From: Acidimicrobiales bacterium
Lineage (GTDB): Bacteria; Actinomycetota; Acidimicrobiia; Acidimicrobiales; VFJN01
Length of the DNA: 50,883 nt
NCBI GenBank assembly: GCA_036280455.1
Contig: DASUQS010000047.1
Coordinates: 1-50,883 of the forward strand
Reading direction: 5' to 3'
The translations under genes and the position numbers were made by a program. Shown piece after piece: positions 18,320 through 26,478 of the stretch; the stretch's first letter is position 1; every line of letters begins with the position of its first letter. Below the pieces are notes generated by a model that made no database searches, was not told the origin of the DNA, and saw only the letters and a program-made list of their open reading frames with translations.

Positions 18320-19485
18320 GACGTGCCCTTGTTCTCGTCGATGTAGCCGTGGGTCAGGTCGTTGGTCAGCACCCGGGCCTGTCCCCCGCCGACGCCGAGG
18401 TCGCAGTGCAGATCGAGGTGCTCGCCGGCCATGTGCTCGGTGACCGCGGCCGCGTCGTGGTCGACCGCCACGCAGCCGCGACTGACCACGGTGCCGCCGT
18501 ACGCGATGGCGAGCGTCGTCGGGTCGAGCGCCACGCCTGCCGTGCCGAGGTCGCTCGCCACGCGACCCCAGTAGGGGTCGCGGCCGAACCACGAGCACTT
18601 GACGAGCTGGCTCTCGGCCACCTTGCGGGCCGCCTGCCGAGCGTCGTCGTCCGACGCCGCGCCGGTGACCCGCACGGTCACGACCTTCGTGTGGCCCTCG
18701 GCGTCGCCCACCATCTGGGAGGCGAGGTCGAAGCACGCCTCCGCCACGGCCGCCGCGAACGCGTCGGGGTCGGGCGCACCCGCCCGCCCGTTGGCCAGGA
18801 GCAGGACCGTGTCGTTGGTCGACGTGCAGCCGTCGACGGTCATGGCGTTGAAGCTGTCGGCCACACCCGCCTGCAGCACGGTGTGCAGCGTGTCGGGATC
18901 GACGTCGGCGTCGGTGGTGAGCACCGCCAGCATGGTCGCCATGTTCGGGGCGAGCATCGCCGCACCCTTGGCCATGCCCCCGACGACGAAGCCCTCGCCC
19001 CGCACCACGGTCTGCTTGGCGCGGGTGTCGGTGGTCATGATCGCCTCGGCGGCGGCGACGCCATGGGCGCGCTCGGCCCCCCGGGCGGCGGCCAGGGCGG
19101 GGATGCCGGTGGTCAGGCGGTCCATCGGCAGCTCGTAGCCGATCAGGCCGGTCGAGCACACGAGCACCGACTCGGGCGCCGCCCCGATCTCGACCGCGAC
19201 CAGCTTGCACATCTCGTCGGCATCGGCCTCGCCGCGGGCGCCGGTGCCGGCGTTGGCGTTGCCGCTGCTGAGGACGACCGCCGAGGCCCGTCCCCCGGTG
19301 GCGGCGAGGTGGCGGCGACTGGTGGTGACCGGTGCCGCCACCACGAGGTTCTGCGTGAACACGCCCGCCGCGGCGACGGGGACGCCGTCGTCGGTGGCCA
19401 CCAGCGACAGATCGGCGTCGCCCGATTCCTTGATGCCGCAGGCCACGCCGGCGGCGACGAAGCCGTCGGGTGCGACGACGCTCAC
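18316..19485 (-). CDS. argJ: Bifunctional ornithine acetyltransferase / N-acetylglutamate synthase
   Basis: Contains GGMAKGAAMLAPNMATMLAVLTTD, with the autoprocessing ATML site, and DGCTSTNDTV. The GTG at 19485 overlaps the argC stop as GTGA. Confidence 0.95.
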   Translation of the reverse strand: MSVVAPDGFVAAGVACGIKESGDADLSLVATDDGVPVAAAGVFTQNLVVAAPVTTSRRHLAATGGRASAVVLSSGNANAGTGARGEADADEMCKLVAVEIGAAPESVLVCSTGLIGYELPMDRLTTGIPALAAARGAERAHGVAAAEAIMTTDTRAKQTVVRGEGFVVGGMAKGAAMLAPNMATMLAVLTTDADVDPDTLHTVLQAGVADSFNAMTVDGCTSTNDTVLLLANGRAGAPDPDAFAAAVAEACFDLASQMVGDAEGHTKVVTVRVTGAASDDDARQAARKVAESQLVKCSWFGRDPYWGRVASDLGTAGVALDPTTLAIAYGGTVVSRGCVAVDHDAAAVTEHMAGEHLDLHCDLGVGGGQARVLTNDLTHGYIDENKGTS

Positions 19486-20531
19486 GGGTACATCCCGACC
19501 GTCGGCAGGCCGGCACCCTCGGGCAGGTCGAGCATCAGGTTGGCGCACTGCACCGCCTGACCCGACGCGCCCTTCACCAGGTTGTCGAGCGCGGCGATGG
19601 CCACCACCCACCCCGTGCGGGCATCCGCCCGTGCTGTCACGTGCACGCTGTTGGAGCCGAGGGTCGCCTTGGTGGAGGGTGACCCGTCGGTCACGACCAC
19701 GAAAGGCTCGTCCGCCCAGGCGTCGTGGAGGGCGGCCAGCACGTCGTCGGTCGACACCCCGGGCGATGCGGGCCGGGCGTAGCAGGTGGCGAGGATGCCC
19801 CTGTTCATCGGCGCCATGTGCGGGGTGAACAGCACCTGCGTGTCGACGCCGGCGACCGACGTGAGGCCCTGCTCGATCTCGGGGGTGTGCCGGTGGTCGA
19901 GCAGTCCGTAGGCCGTGAAGTCCTCGTCGACCGTGCAGAACGTGGTGGTGGGCTTGGGTGGTCTTCCCGCGCCCGAGGCGCCGCTGGCGGCGTCGACGAT
20001 GATGCCGGTGGTCTCGACGATGCCCGCCCGGAGCAGCGGCGCCAGGGCCATCACCGCCGTGGTGACGTAGCACCCCGGCGCAGCCACCCGCTCGGCCCCC
20101 ACGATCTGGTCGCGGAAGAGCTCGGGCAGCCCGTACACGAAGGTGTCGAGCAGCTCGGGATGGCCGTGCTCGGCTCCGTACCACCGGGGGTAGAGCGAGG
20201 CGTCGCGCAGCCGGAAGTCGGCGCCCAGGTCGACGACCGCCCCGACACGGCCGAGGAGCTCGGGCACGACGTCCTGCGATGCGCCGTGCGGGAGGCCGAG
20301 GAAGACCACGTCGAGGCCGTCGAACCGGTCGGCGTCGAACTTCTCGAAGGTCAGGTCGGGGTAGCCGGCGGCGAGGCTCGGGTAGAGCTCGGCGACGCGG
20401 GCGCCGGCCTGGGTGGCGCCGGTGGCGACACGCACGTCGAACGCAGGATGGTGTGCGCACAAGCGCAGGAGCTCCGCCCCGGTGAACCCGGATGCGCCGA
20501 TGATGCCGACCGCTGTCACCCGCACGAGCAT
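19482..20531 (-). CDS. argC: N-acetyl-gamma-glutamyl-phosphate reductase
   Basis: Contains VGIIGASGFTGAELLRL and the active-site segment AAPGCYVTT. The start is uncertain: ATG 20531, or GTG 20525 or 20519. The track's TTG at 20555 lies inside the ARG box. Confidence 0.9.
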   Translation of the reverse strand: MLVRVTAVGIIGASGFTGAELLRLCAHHPAFDVRVATGATQAGARVAELYPSLAAGYPDLTFEKFDADRFDGLDVVFLGLPHGASQDVVPELLGRVGAVVDLGADFRLRDASLYPRWYGAEHGHPELLDTFVYGLPELFRDQIVGAERVAAPGCYVTTAVMALAPLLRAGIVETTGIIVDAASGASGAGRPPKPTTTFCTVDEDFTAYGLLDHRHTPEIEQGLTSVAGVDTQVLFTPHMAPMNRGILATCYARPASPGVSTDDVLAALHDAWADEPFVVVTDGSPSTKATLGSNSVHVTARADARTGWVVAIAALDNLVKGASGQAVQCANLMLDLPEGAGLPTVGMYP

Positions 20532-20540
20532 ACGCAGCAG

Positions 20541-20554
20541 TGCATAGTCATGCA
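20541..20554. promoter_or_regulatory. Candidate ARG box (ArgR operator), TGCAT-N4-ATGCA
   Basis: The minus strand reads ATTGCATGACTATGCACT immediately upstream of argC. It is a perfect TGCAT/ATGCA inverted repeat, analogous to the TGAAT-N4-ATTCA ARG-box core. Confidence 0.5.
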
Positions 20555-20579
20555 ATGCGGCTGCGGGGCGCTCCGCGGG

Positions 20580-22580
20580 TCATCTCGCCAGGCCGAGCGC
20601 CTCCGGGACCAACCAGTCGGCCACACGCTCCGCCCCGGCCTCGGACAGGTGCACCGGGTCGCGGAACATGCTCCCCCGCTCGCTCTCCTCCCCCGCCGCC
20701 ACGACCGCGGCCATGTCGACCACCGCCGTGTCCGGCCTGGCGGCCGCAACCGCGTCGAGGGTCGCCCGCCGGCAGCCGAGCGCGCCTCCCACGTGCGAAC
20801 CTCCCATCGTGAACGGGCCCGCCGGCGTGGTCGCGAACAGCACGGTCGCCCCACTGGCGCCGAGCAGATCGGCGTCCTCCCGTAGCGCACCGACGAGGTA
20901 GCGGTCGTAGTCGGGCTCGCACTCCCGCACCCACCGGCCGTCCATGAGCACCTCGGCCGAACCGCCCCCGGCAGCGATGTAGTACACGACCACGTCGGGC
21001 TGGTACTCCTCGACCAGGCGACGCCAGGCCCCCCGCCGGACGTCGTGGCACGGCTCGCCGTCGCCCTCGATCGAGCCGTCGTTCCACCGCGTCGTGCCCT
21101 CGGGTTCGAGGGGGTTGCAGAAGGGCTGGGAGCTGCTCGCGGCCACCGCCCCCGCCTCCTCGGCCACGACCGCCAGCTCGGGCCCCAGGTAGGTCGGCCC
21201 GCTGTCGCCCACGAGCAGGATGCGCGTGGCCCCGGCGGGGATGTCCTCCGGATAGACCTCCGCGCCACCGGGAGGCGTCGACCCCATCGCCACGTCGGTC
21301 CCCGGCACGCGGGCCACTCCCGCGGTGGCGACGACCGCCGCCAGCGCGGCGGCTGCGATCCCCCCGACGAGCCCCACCGGCGCCCGCCAGCCCACGAGCG
21401 CGCCCCGGCGGATCGGCTGCTCGACCACCACGAACGAGACGACCGACGCGGCCAGCGTGACGCCGACGCACACCGCGTCGAGCGCCCAGCCGTCGAGGCC
21501 GATGCGGTCCGGGGTCAGGTAGACGATCACGGGCCAGTGCCACAGGTACACCCCGTAGCTGATCGTGCCCAGCGCGGCGAGGGGGCGGAGCCGGAGCACG
21601 GTCACGATCGGACCGCTCCCACCTGCGGTCACCAGGTGGACCAGCGCCACCGCGGCGACGGAGAAGACGACCAGACCGCCGCGGTAGTAGGCCGGCCCGA
21701 TGCCGTCGAGCGCAGCGACCGCCCACCCGGTCGCCGCCAGCGCGGCGACGCCCAACGCCACCTGCCCGGGCTCCGGCCACGACCGCCGGCCTGCGTCCAC
21801 TCCCCCACGCGCCACGAGCGAGGCGCGCCCGCGGGCGATCGACGCCGCCGCGAGGGCCGCGCCGAGCAGGGTCGGGCCCACCCGCGCATCGGTGCCGTAG
21901 TAGGCACGGCTGGTGTCCAGCGGGTCGTACGTGGCGGCGAGCACGACGAACGAGGACGCCGCTCCCACCGTCGCCACCCCGGCCACCAAGCCGGGCGTCG
22001 ACCACGAGCGGCGCCGGGCGAGCGCCACCAACCCCAGGACGGCGAGCGGCCACACCACGTAGAACTGCTCCTCGATCGCCAGGCTCCACATGTGATCGAA
22101 CGGCGACGGCTGGACGAACATGTCCCAGTAGTCGGCCTCGTCGGCGAGAGCGTGCCAGTTGGCGACGTAGCCGAGGGTGGCGAGGGCGTCGCCGCGGAAC
22201 CCCGGCCGCTCGCCCGCGGGGGTGAGGACGGCGATCAGCAGCGCGGCTCCGAGCACGACCACGAACAGGGCGGGCAACAGGCGCCGCGCCCGGCGGACCC
22301 AGAAGCGGCGGAGCCCGATGCCTCCGGTACCCGCCTGCTCCGCGAGCAGCAGGGACGTGATGAGGTACCCCGACAGCACGAAGAAGAGGTCGACCCCGAG
22401 GAACCCCCCGCGGAGGTGCCCGAGGTGGAAGGCGACCACCGCGGCGACAGCGAGGCCCCGCAGCCCGTCGAGTCCCGGCTCGTGGCGCAGGCGCGGCGGT
22501 TCCCCGACCCGCCGCTCCCGCAGGGCAGCATGCGCATCGGCGTCGGCCGAGCGCTCTGATTCATCCCCAACCACCAGCAT
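20580..22580 (-). CDS. Membrane acyltransferase family 3 with a C-terminal SGNH/GDSL domain (OafA-like)
   Basis: AT3 motifs are LDGLRGLAVAAVVAFH and WSLAIEEQFYVVWP, with about 10 TM helices. The C-terminal domain has SGNH block I, ILLVGDSGP. The start is ATG 22580; the upstream 281 codons of the track ORF are antisense to the SDR gene. Confidence 0.85.
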   Translation of the reverse strand: MLVVGDESERSADADAHAALRERRVGEPPRLRHEPGLDGLRGLAVAAVVAFHLGHLRGGFLGVDLFFVLSGYLITSLLLAEQAGTGGIGLRRFWVRRARRLLPALFVVVLGAALLIAVLTPAGERPGFRGDALATLGYVANWHALADEADYWDMFVQPSPFDHMWSLAIEEQFYVVWPLAVLGLVALARRRSWSTPGLVAGVATVGAASSFVVLAATYDPLDTSRAYYGTDARVGPTLLGAALAAASIARGRASLVARGGVDAGRRSWPEPGQVALGVAALAATGWAVAALDGIGPAYYRGGLVVFSVAAVALVHLVTAGGSGPIVTVLRLRPLAALGTISYGVYLWHWPVIVYLTPDRIGLDGWALDAVCVGVTLAASVVSFVVVEQPIRRGALVGWRAPVGLVGGIAAAALAAVVATAGVARVPGTDVAMGSTPPGGAEVYPEDIPAGATRILLVGDSGPTYLGPELAVVAEEAGAVAASSSQPFCNPLEPEGTTRWNDGSIEGDGEPCHDVRRGAWRRLVEEYQPDVVVYYIAAGGGSAEVLMDGRWVRECEPDYDRYLVGALREDADLLGASGATVLFATTPAGPFTMGGSHVGGALGCRRATLDAVAAARPDTAVVDMAAVVAAGEESERGSMFRDPVHLSEAGAERVADWLVPEALGLAR

Positions 22581-22611
22581 CCGGTGTCCATCGTGCCACG
22601 CGAGCGCGTGG

Positions 22612-22645
22612 GTTGCAGTGCAACTGGAACTGTCGTCGACGACAG
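22612..22645. promoter_or_regulatory. Two adjacent perfect palindromes in a divergent promoter region
   Basis: GTTGCA-G-TGCAAC lies at 22612-22624 and CTGTCGTCGACGACAG at 22630-22645. Both sit between the acyltransferase (minus) and the SDR/QueA-like pair (plus). Confidence 0.3.
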
Positions 22646-22856
22646 GAGGCCGTCGCTCGCACCCCGGGCGGGGTTCCCAGGTGATCAGGAGGTGGCCCAG
22701 CCGTCGGGCCCCACCTGTGCGCGCGGGGTCGTCGAGTTGCCGGAGGTCGACGCGCCGGGGACTAGGTCCTCCGACCGAGGAGAACCGGTCTCGGGGCCGA
22801 TGGCGTCGCCGCGAGGCGTTCCTACGTTGACCGGGCACCGACGAAGGGAGCGCGAG

Positions 22857-23579
22857 ATGCGCAGGACAGCACTGGTCACCGGCGCCAGCAAGGGCCTCGG
22901 ACGGGCGTTCGCAGAACGCTTGGCGGCCGACGGCTGGTCGCTCGTCGTCGACGCCCGCGACGCCGACGCGCTGGACGCGGCGCGGGTGGTCCTCGACGGG
23001 GCCGGCGGCGGGACCGTGATCGCCCTGCCGGGCGACGTCGACGAGCCGGTCCACGTCGCGGCGCTGGTCGGGGCGGCGGCCGCCCAGGGCCGCTTCGAGC
23101 TGCTGGTCAACAACGCCGGCACCCTCGGCCCCACGCCGCTGCCCCCGGTCGCCGGGCTGCGCGCAGCCGACCTCGAGCGGACGTTCCGCGTCAACGCGGT
23201 CGCGCCGCTGAGGATCATCCAGGCTGCGCTCCCCCACCTGCGAGCAGCACGCGGCACCGTCCTGAACGTCACCTCCGACGCCGCCGTCGAGGGCTACGAG
23301 GGCTGGGCCGCCTACGGGGCGTCGAAGGCCGCGCTCGAACAGCTCAGTCGGGTGCTCGCGGCCGAGGAACCGGACATCCGCGTGTACTGGGTCGACCCCG
23401 GCGACATGCGGACGCAGATGCACCAGGACGCGTTCCCCGGCGAGGACATCTCCGATCGCCCGCTCCCCGAGAGCCGGGTGCCGGGGCTGGTGCGCCTCGT
23501 CGAGGAGCGGCCTCCGAGTGGCCGCTACCAGGTCTCGGACCTGCTGGCCGCCGCCGAGCCGGCGGAGGCGGGCCGATGA
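22857..23579 (+). CDS. Short-chain dehydrogenase/reductase
   Basis: Contains TGASKGLGRAF (TGxxxGxG), NNAG and YGASKAAL (YxxxK). GGGAGC lies upstream of ATG 22857. Confidence 0.85.
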   Translation: MRRTALVTGASKGLGRAFAERLAADGWSLVVDARDADALDAARVVLDGAGGGTVIALPGDVDEPVHVAALVGAAAAQGRFELLVNNAGTLGPTPLPPVAGLRAADLERTFRVNAVAPLRIIQAALPHLRAARGTVLNVTSDAAVEGYEGWAAYGASKAALEQLSRVLAAEEPDIRVYWVDPGDMRTQMHQDAFPGEDISDRPLPESRVPGLVRLVEERPPSGRYQVSDLLAAAEPAEAGR

Positions 23580-24823
23580 GGCTGATCGACGTCACCGACG
23601 ACGGCCGGCACCGCCGCCACGGCCACCCGGCCGCGGTCGCGACCACCGTCCGGTCCGCACGACCTGGTGGCCCGGCGGCGACGGAGCACGCCGACGCACG
23701 GGCGGGTGCGGCCGCGACATCGACCGCGGCAGGTTCGGCGCGGTCCGCCGCCGTGACGTCGATGGCGCCGTTCCGCATCCCCGACGGAGGCGAGGCCGGG
23801 ACGCCGGCCGAGCTGCGCGGCGCAGCGGCCGAGATCGGCACGGACGGCCGGGCGGCCGTCCGGCTGATGGTCACCCACCGGGCCGGCACGACCGTCGAGC
23901 ACCTGCCGTTCGGCCGGCTCCCCGACGCGCTCGACGCCGGCGACGTCCTCGTCGTCAACACGTCCGCGGTCATCCCCGCCGCGCTCGACGCCCACGCCGC
24001 CGGGCCGGGCGACCCCGAGGTCCGCCTGCACCTGTCGACCGAGCAACCGGGGGGCTTCTGGGTCGTCGAGCCCCGGCGCCCCGCCGGGGCCGGCAGCGAC
24101 CGCCTGACGGGCACGCCCCCCACCCGGCTCGCGCTGCCGGGCGGGGGCCGGGCCGAGCTGCTGGCCCCGTATCCCTCGTCCACGGCGATGCGCCGCCTGT
24201 GGCTGGCCCGTCTCGACCTGCCGACCGACACGCTCGCCTACCTGGGGGCCCACGGTCAGCCGATCCGCTACGCCCACGTGGAGGGTGCCTGGCCGATCGA
24301 GGCGTACCAGTCGGTGTTCTCGTGGATCCCGGGGTCGGCCGAGATGCCGAGCGCCGCCCGGCCGTTCACCCACGGGCTGGTGACCGACCTCGTGACCCGG
24401 GGCGTGGCCATCGCGCCGGTGACGCTGCACACCGGCGTGTCGTCCCAGGAGGCCGGCGAGCCGCCCTACGCCGAGCGCTACTCCTTGCCCCCCGCCACCG
24501 TCGCGCTGGTCAACGGCGCCCGGCGCGACGGTCGGCGGATCATCGCCGTGGGCACGACCGTCGTGCGGGCGCTGGAGACGACGGCCGACGAGCAGGGCCG
24601 CGCCCACCCCGGCAGCGGATGGACCGAGCTGGTCGTCACGCCCGAGCGAGGCGTCCGGGTGGTCGACGGGCTGATCACCGGATGGCACGAGCCGGAGTCG
24701 TCACACCTCGCCCTGCTCGAGGCGATCGCAGGACGCGACCTGCTGGACACGTCCTACGCGGCGGCCGTCGCCGGTGGGTACCGCTGGCACGAGTTCGGCG
24801 ACAGCCACCTCATCCTCCCGTGA
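23576..24823 (+). CDS. QueA-family protein (S-adenosylmethionine:tRNA ribosyltransferase-isomerase-like)
   Basis: Family-like blocks are GDVLVVNTSAVIPA, IIAVGTTVVRALE, GLITGWHEPESSHLALL and YRWHEFGDSHLIL. The ATG at 23576 overlaps the SDR stop as ATGA. An alternative start at ATG 23762 (MAPFRIPDGG) would remove a low-complexity 62-aa extension. Confidence 0.75.
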   Translation: MRLIDVTDDGRHRRHGHPAAVATTVRSARPGGPAATEHADARAGAAATSTAAGSARSAAVTSMAPFRIPDGGEAGTPAELRGAAAEIGTDGRAAVRLMVTHRAGTTVEHLPFGRLPDALDAGDVLVVNTSAVIPAALDAHAAGPGDPEVRLHLSTEQPGGFWVVEPRRPAGAGSDRLTGTPPTRLALPGGGRAELLAPYPSSTAMRRLWLARLDLPTDTLAYLGAHGQPIRYAHVEGAWPIEAYQSVFSWIPGSAEMPSAARPFTHGLVTDLVTRGVAIAPVTLHTGVSSQEAGEPPYAERYSLPPATVALVNGARRDGRRIIAVGTTVVRALETTADEQGRAHPGSGWTELVVTPERGVRVVDGLITGWHEPESSHLALLEAIAGRDLLDTSYAAAVAGGYRWHEFGDSHLILP

Positions 24824-24908
24824 CGTCGGGATGGCGAGCGGGGGCCGTCCCTGACGGGGCCGCCTGCCGACCGGGTCGCCGATCCGCAGCCCCCGGCGGG
24901 CGGCAGGG

Positions 24909-25673
24909 TCAGGCGCGGGCGCTCGGCCAGTCGTCGGCGCGGGCGGCGGCGTCGCCTCCGCCGTCGACCGGGAGGACGACACCGACCACGTAGGACGCGG
25001 CCTGCGACAGCAGGAAGGCGATGGCCGCCGCCTGCTCGTCCGCCGTGGCCACCCGCTGGATGGGGACGGGATAGGCGTCGCCCAGGTCGAGCACGGGGAA
25101 GGCGAGGTCCTCGGTCATCGGCGTCGCGGTCGGACCCGGGGCGACGGCGTTGAGGCGCACCCCCTCCCCGATCCACCCGGCCGACGGGGCCTGGCGTCGC
25201 ACCCAGCGGGCCAGCGCCAGCTTGGAGGACGGGTAGTCGACGATCTCGGCCGCGGCCGCCCGGGCCGCGTGCTCGTCGCCCCGCAGGCAGGCGTCGACGA
25301 TGGCCGGATCGACGCCCTGCATGGTCGTGGACGAGTTGGAGCTCACCGCCACCGCGGCCGCGTGGGTGCCCCGCGCCAGCAGGGGCCGCAGCCCCTCGAG
25401 CGTGGCCACGGCCCCGAAGTAGTTGACCGACACCACGAGCGGGGGGCCGCCGCCGTTGACACCCGCCGCGACGACCAGCCCGTCGAGCGTCCCACCGCTG
25501 GCGGCGCCGACGCCCTCGACCATGGCGGCCCGGCCCTCGGGGGTCGACAGGTCGGCGACGACCTCGGCGTCGCGCAGGTCGACCCCGACCACCGTGTGCC
25601 CCGACGCCTCGACCTGGCGGCGCGTCGCCGCGCCGATGCCGCTGGCCGCGCCGGTGATGCAGATGGTTCCCAC
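24909..25673 (-). CDS. SDR resembling 3-alpha-hydroxysteroid dehydrogenase/carbonyl reductase
   Basis: The N-terminus ICITGAASGIGAATRRQVEASGHTVVGVDLRDAEVVADLSTPEGR closely matches my recollection of Comamonas 3-alpha-HSD/CR (...GCATGIGAATRKVLEAAGHQIVGIDIRDAEVIADLSTAEGR). It also has YPSSKLAL (YxxxK). Confidence 0.8.
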   Translation of the reverse strand: MGTICITGAASGIGAATRRQVEASGHTVVGVDLRDAEVVADLSTPEGRAAMVEGVGAASGGTLDGLVVAAGVNGGGPPLVVSVNYFGAVATLEGLRPLLARGTHAAAVAVSSNSSTTMQGVDPAIVDACLRGDEHAARAAAAEIVDYPSSKLALARWVRRQAPSAGWIGEGVRLNAVAPGPTATPMTEDLAFPVLDLGDAYPVPIQRVATADEQAAAIAFLLSQAASYVVGVVLPVDGGGDAAARADDWPSARA

Positions 25674-25682
25674 GCCCGGCCC

Positions 25683-26432
25683 TCAGCTCATGAGGGCGAG
25701 GTCGCCGCAGGTGGCGCCGCCGTCGACAGCCAGCTCTGCGCCGGCGATGTAGCTGGCCTCGTCGGACGCGAGGAACAGCACCGCGAGCGCGGCCTCGTCC
25801 GCCGTGCCCATGCGCGACACCGGGAGGCGCTTGTAGAAGGGGGCGTCGCTGGACGTGCCGGCCACCATCGGCGTGTCGATGCCGCCGGGGTGCACCGAGT
25901 TGACCCGGATGTTCTTGTGCCCGAGATCGATCGCCGCCGTCTTGGAGAGGCCGCGCACCGCCCACTTGCTGGCCACGTACGCCCCCAGGTACGGCAAGCC
26001 CTGCAGGCCGGCCGTCGACGAGATGTTGACGATCGAGCCGCCGCCGGCCCCGGCCATCGAGTCGGTCACCGACTTCATGCCGAGGAACACTCCGTGGACG
26101 TTGACCCGCAGGATGCGGTCGAAGTCCTCGAGCTCGGTCTTGTGCAGCGCCTGGAAGTGCAGCACCCCCGCGTTGTTCACGAGCACCGTGACCGGGCCGT
26201 ACCGCTCCTCCGCCAGCGCGACCGTTGCCGTCCACTGGTCCTCGTCGGTGACGTCGAGGTGCGCGTAGGTGGCGGCGTCGCCCAGCTCGGCGGCGACCGC
26301 CTCGCCCTCCTCGTCGAGGACGTCGGCCAGCACCACCTTGGCGCCCTCGGCCACGAACAGGCGGGCCTCGGCCGCCCCCTGGCCCCGGGCCGCGCCCGTG
26401 ATGATCGCCACCTTGCCGTCGAGCCGTCCCAT
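25683..26432 (-). CDS. SDR resembling 3-alpha(20-beta)-hydroxysteroid dehydrogenase (FabG3-like)
   Basis: Contains GKVAIITGAARGQGAAEA...KVVLADVLDEEGE...LDVT, NNAG and YVASKWAVRGLSK. The start is ATG 26432. Confidence 0.85.
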   Translation of the reverse strand: MGRLDGKVAIITGAARGQGAAEARLFVAEGAKVVLADVLDEEGEAVAAELGDAATYAHLDVTDEDQWTATVALAEERYGPVTVLVNNAGVLHFQALHKTELEDFDRILRVNVHGVFLGMKSVTDSMAGAGGGSIVNISSTAGLQGLPYLGAYVASKWAVRGLSKTAAIDLGHKNIRVNSVHPGGIDTPMVAGTSSDAPFYKRLPVSRMGTADEAALAVLFLASDEASYIAGAELAVDGGATCGDLALMS

Positions 26433-26478
26433 CAGAGCGTCCTTCCTCGTCGTGCGATCACCGTCGCCTCGAACCGCC

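Noticed and set aside
22581-23423. N-terminal 281 codons of the 947-aa ORF 20580..23423
   Set aside because: This part is antisense to the SDR gene and crosses the divergent intergenic region. The AT3 acyltransferase homology begins at the ATG at 22580.
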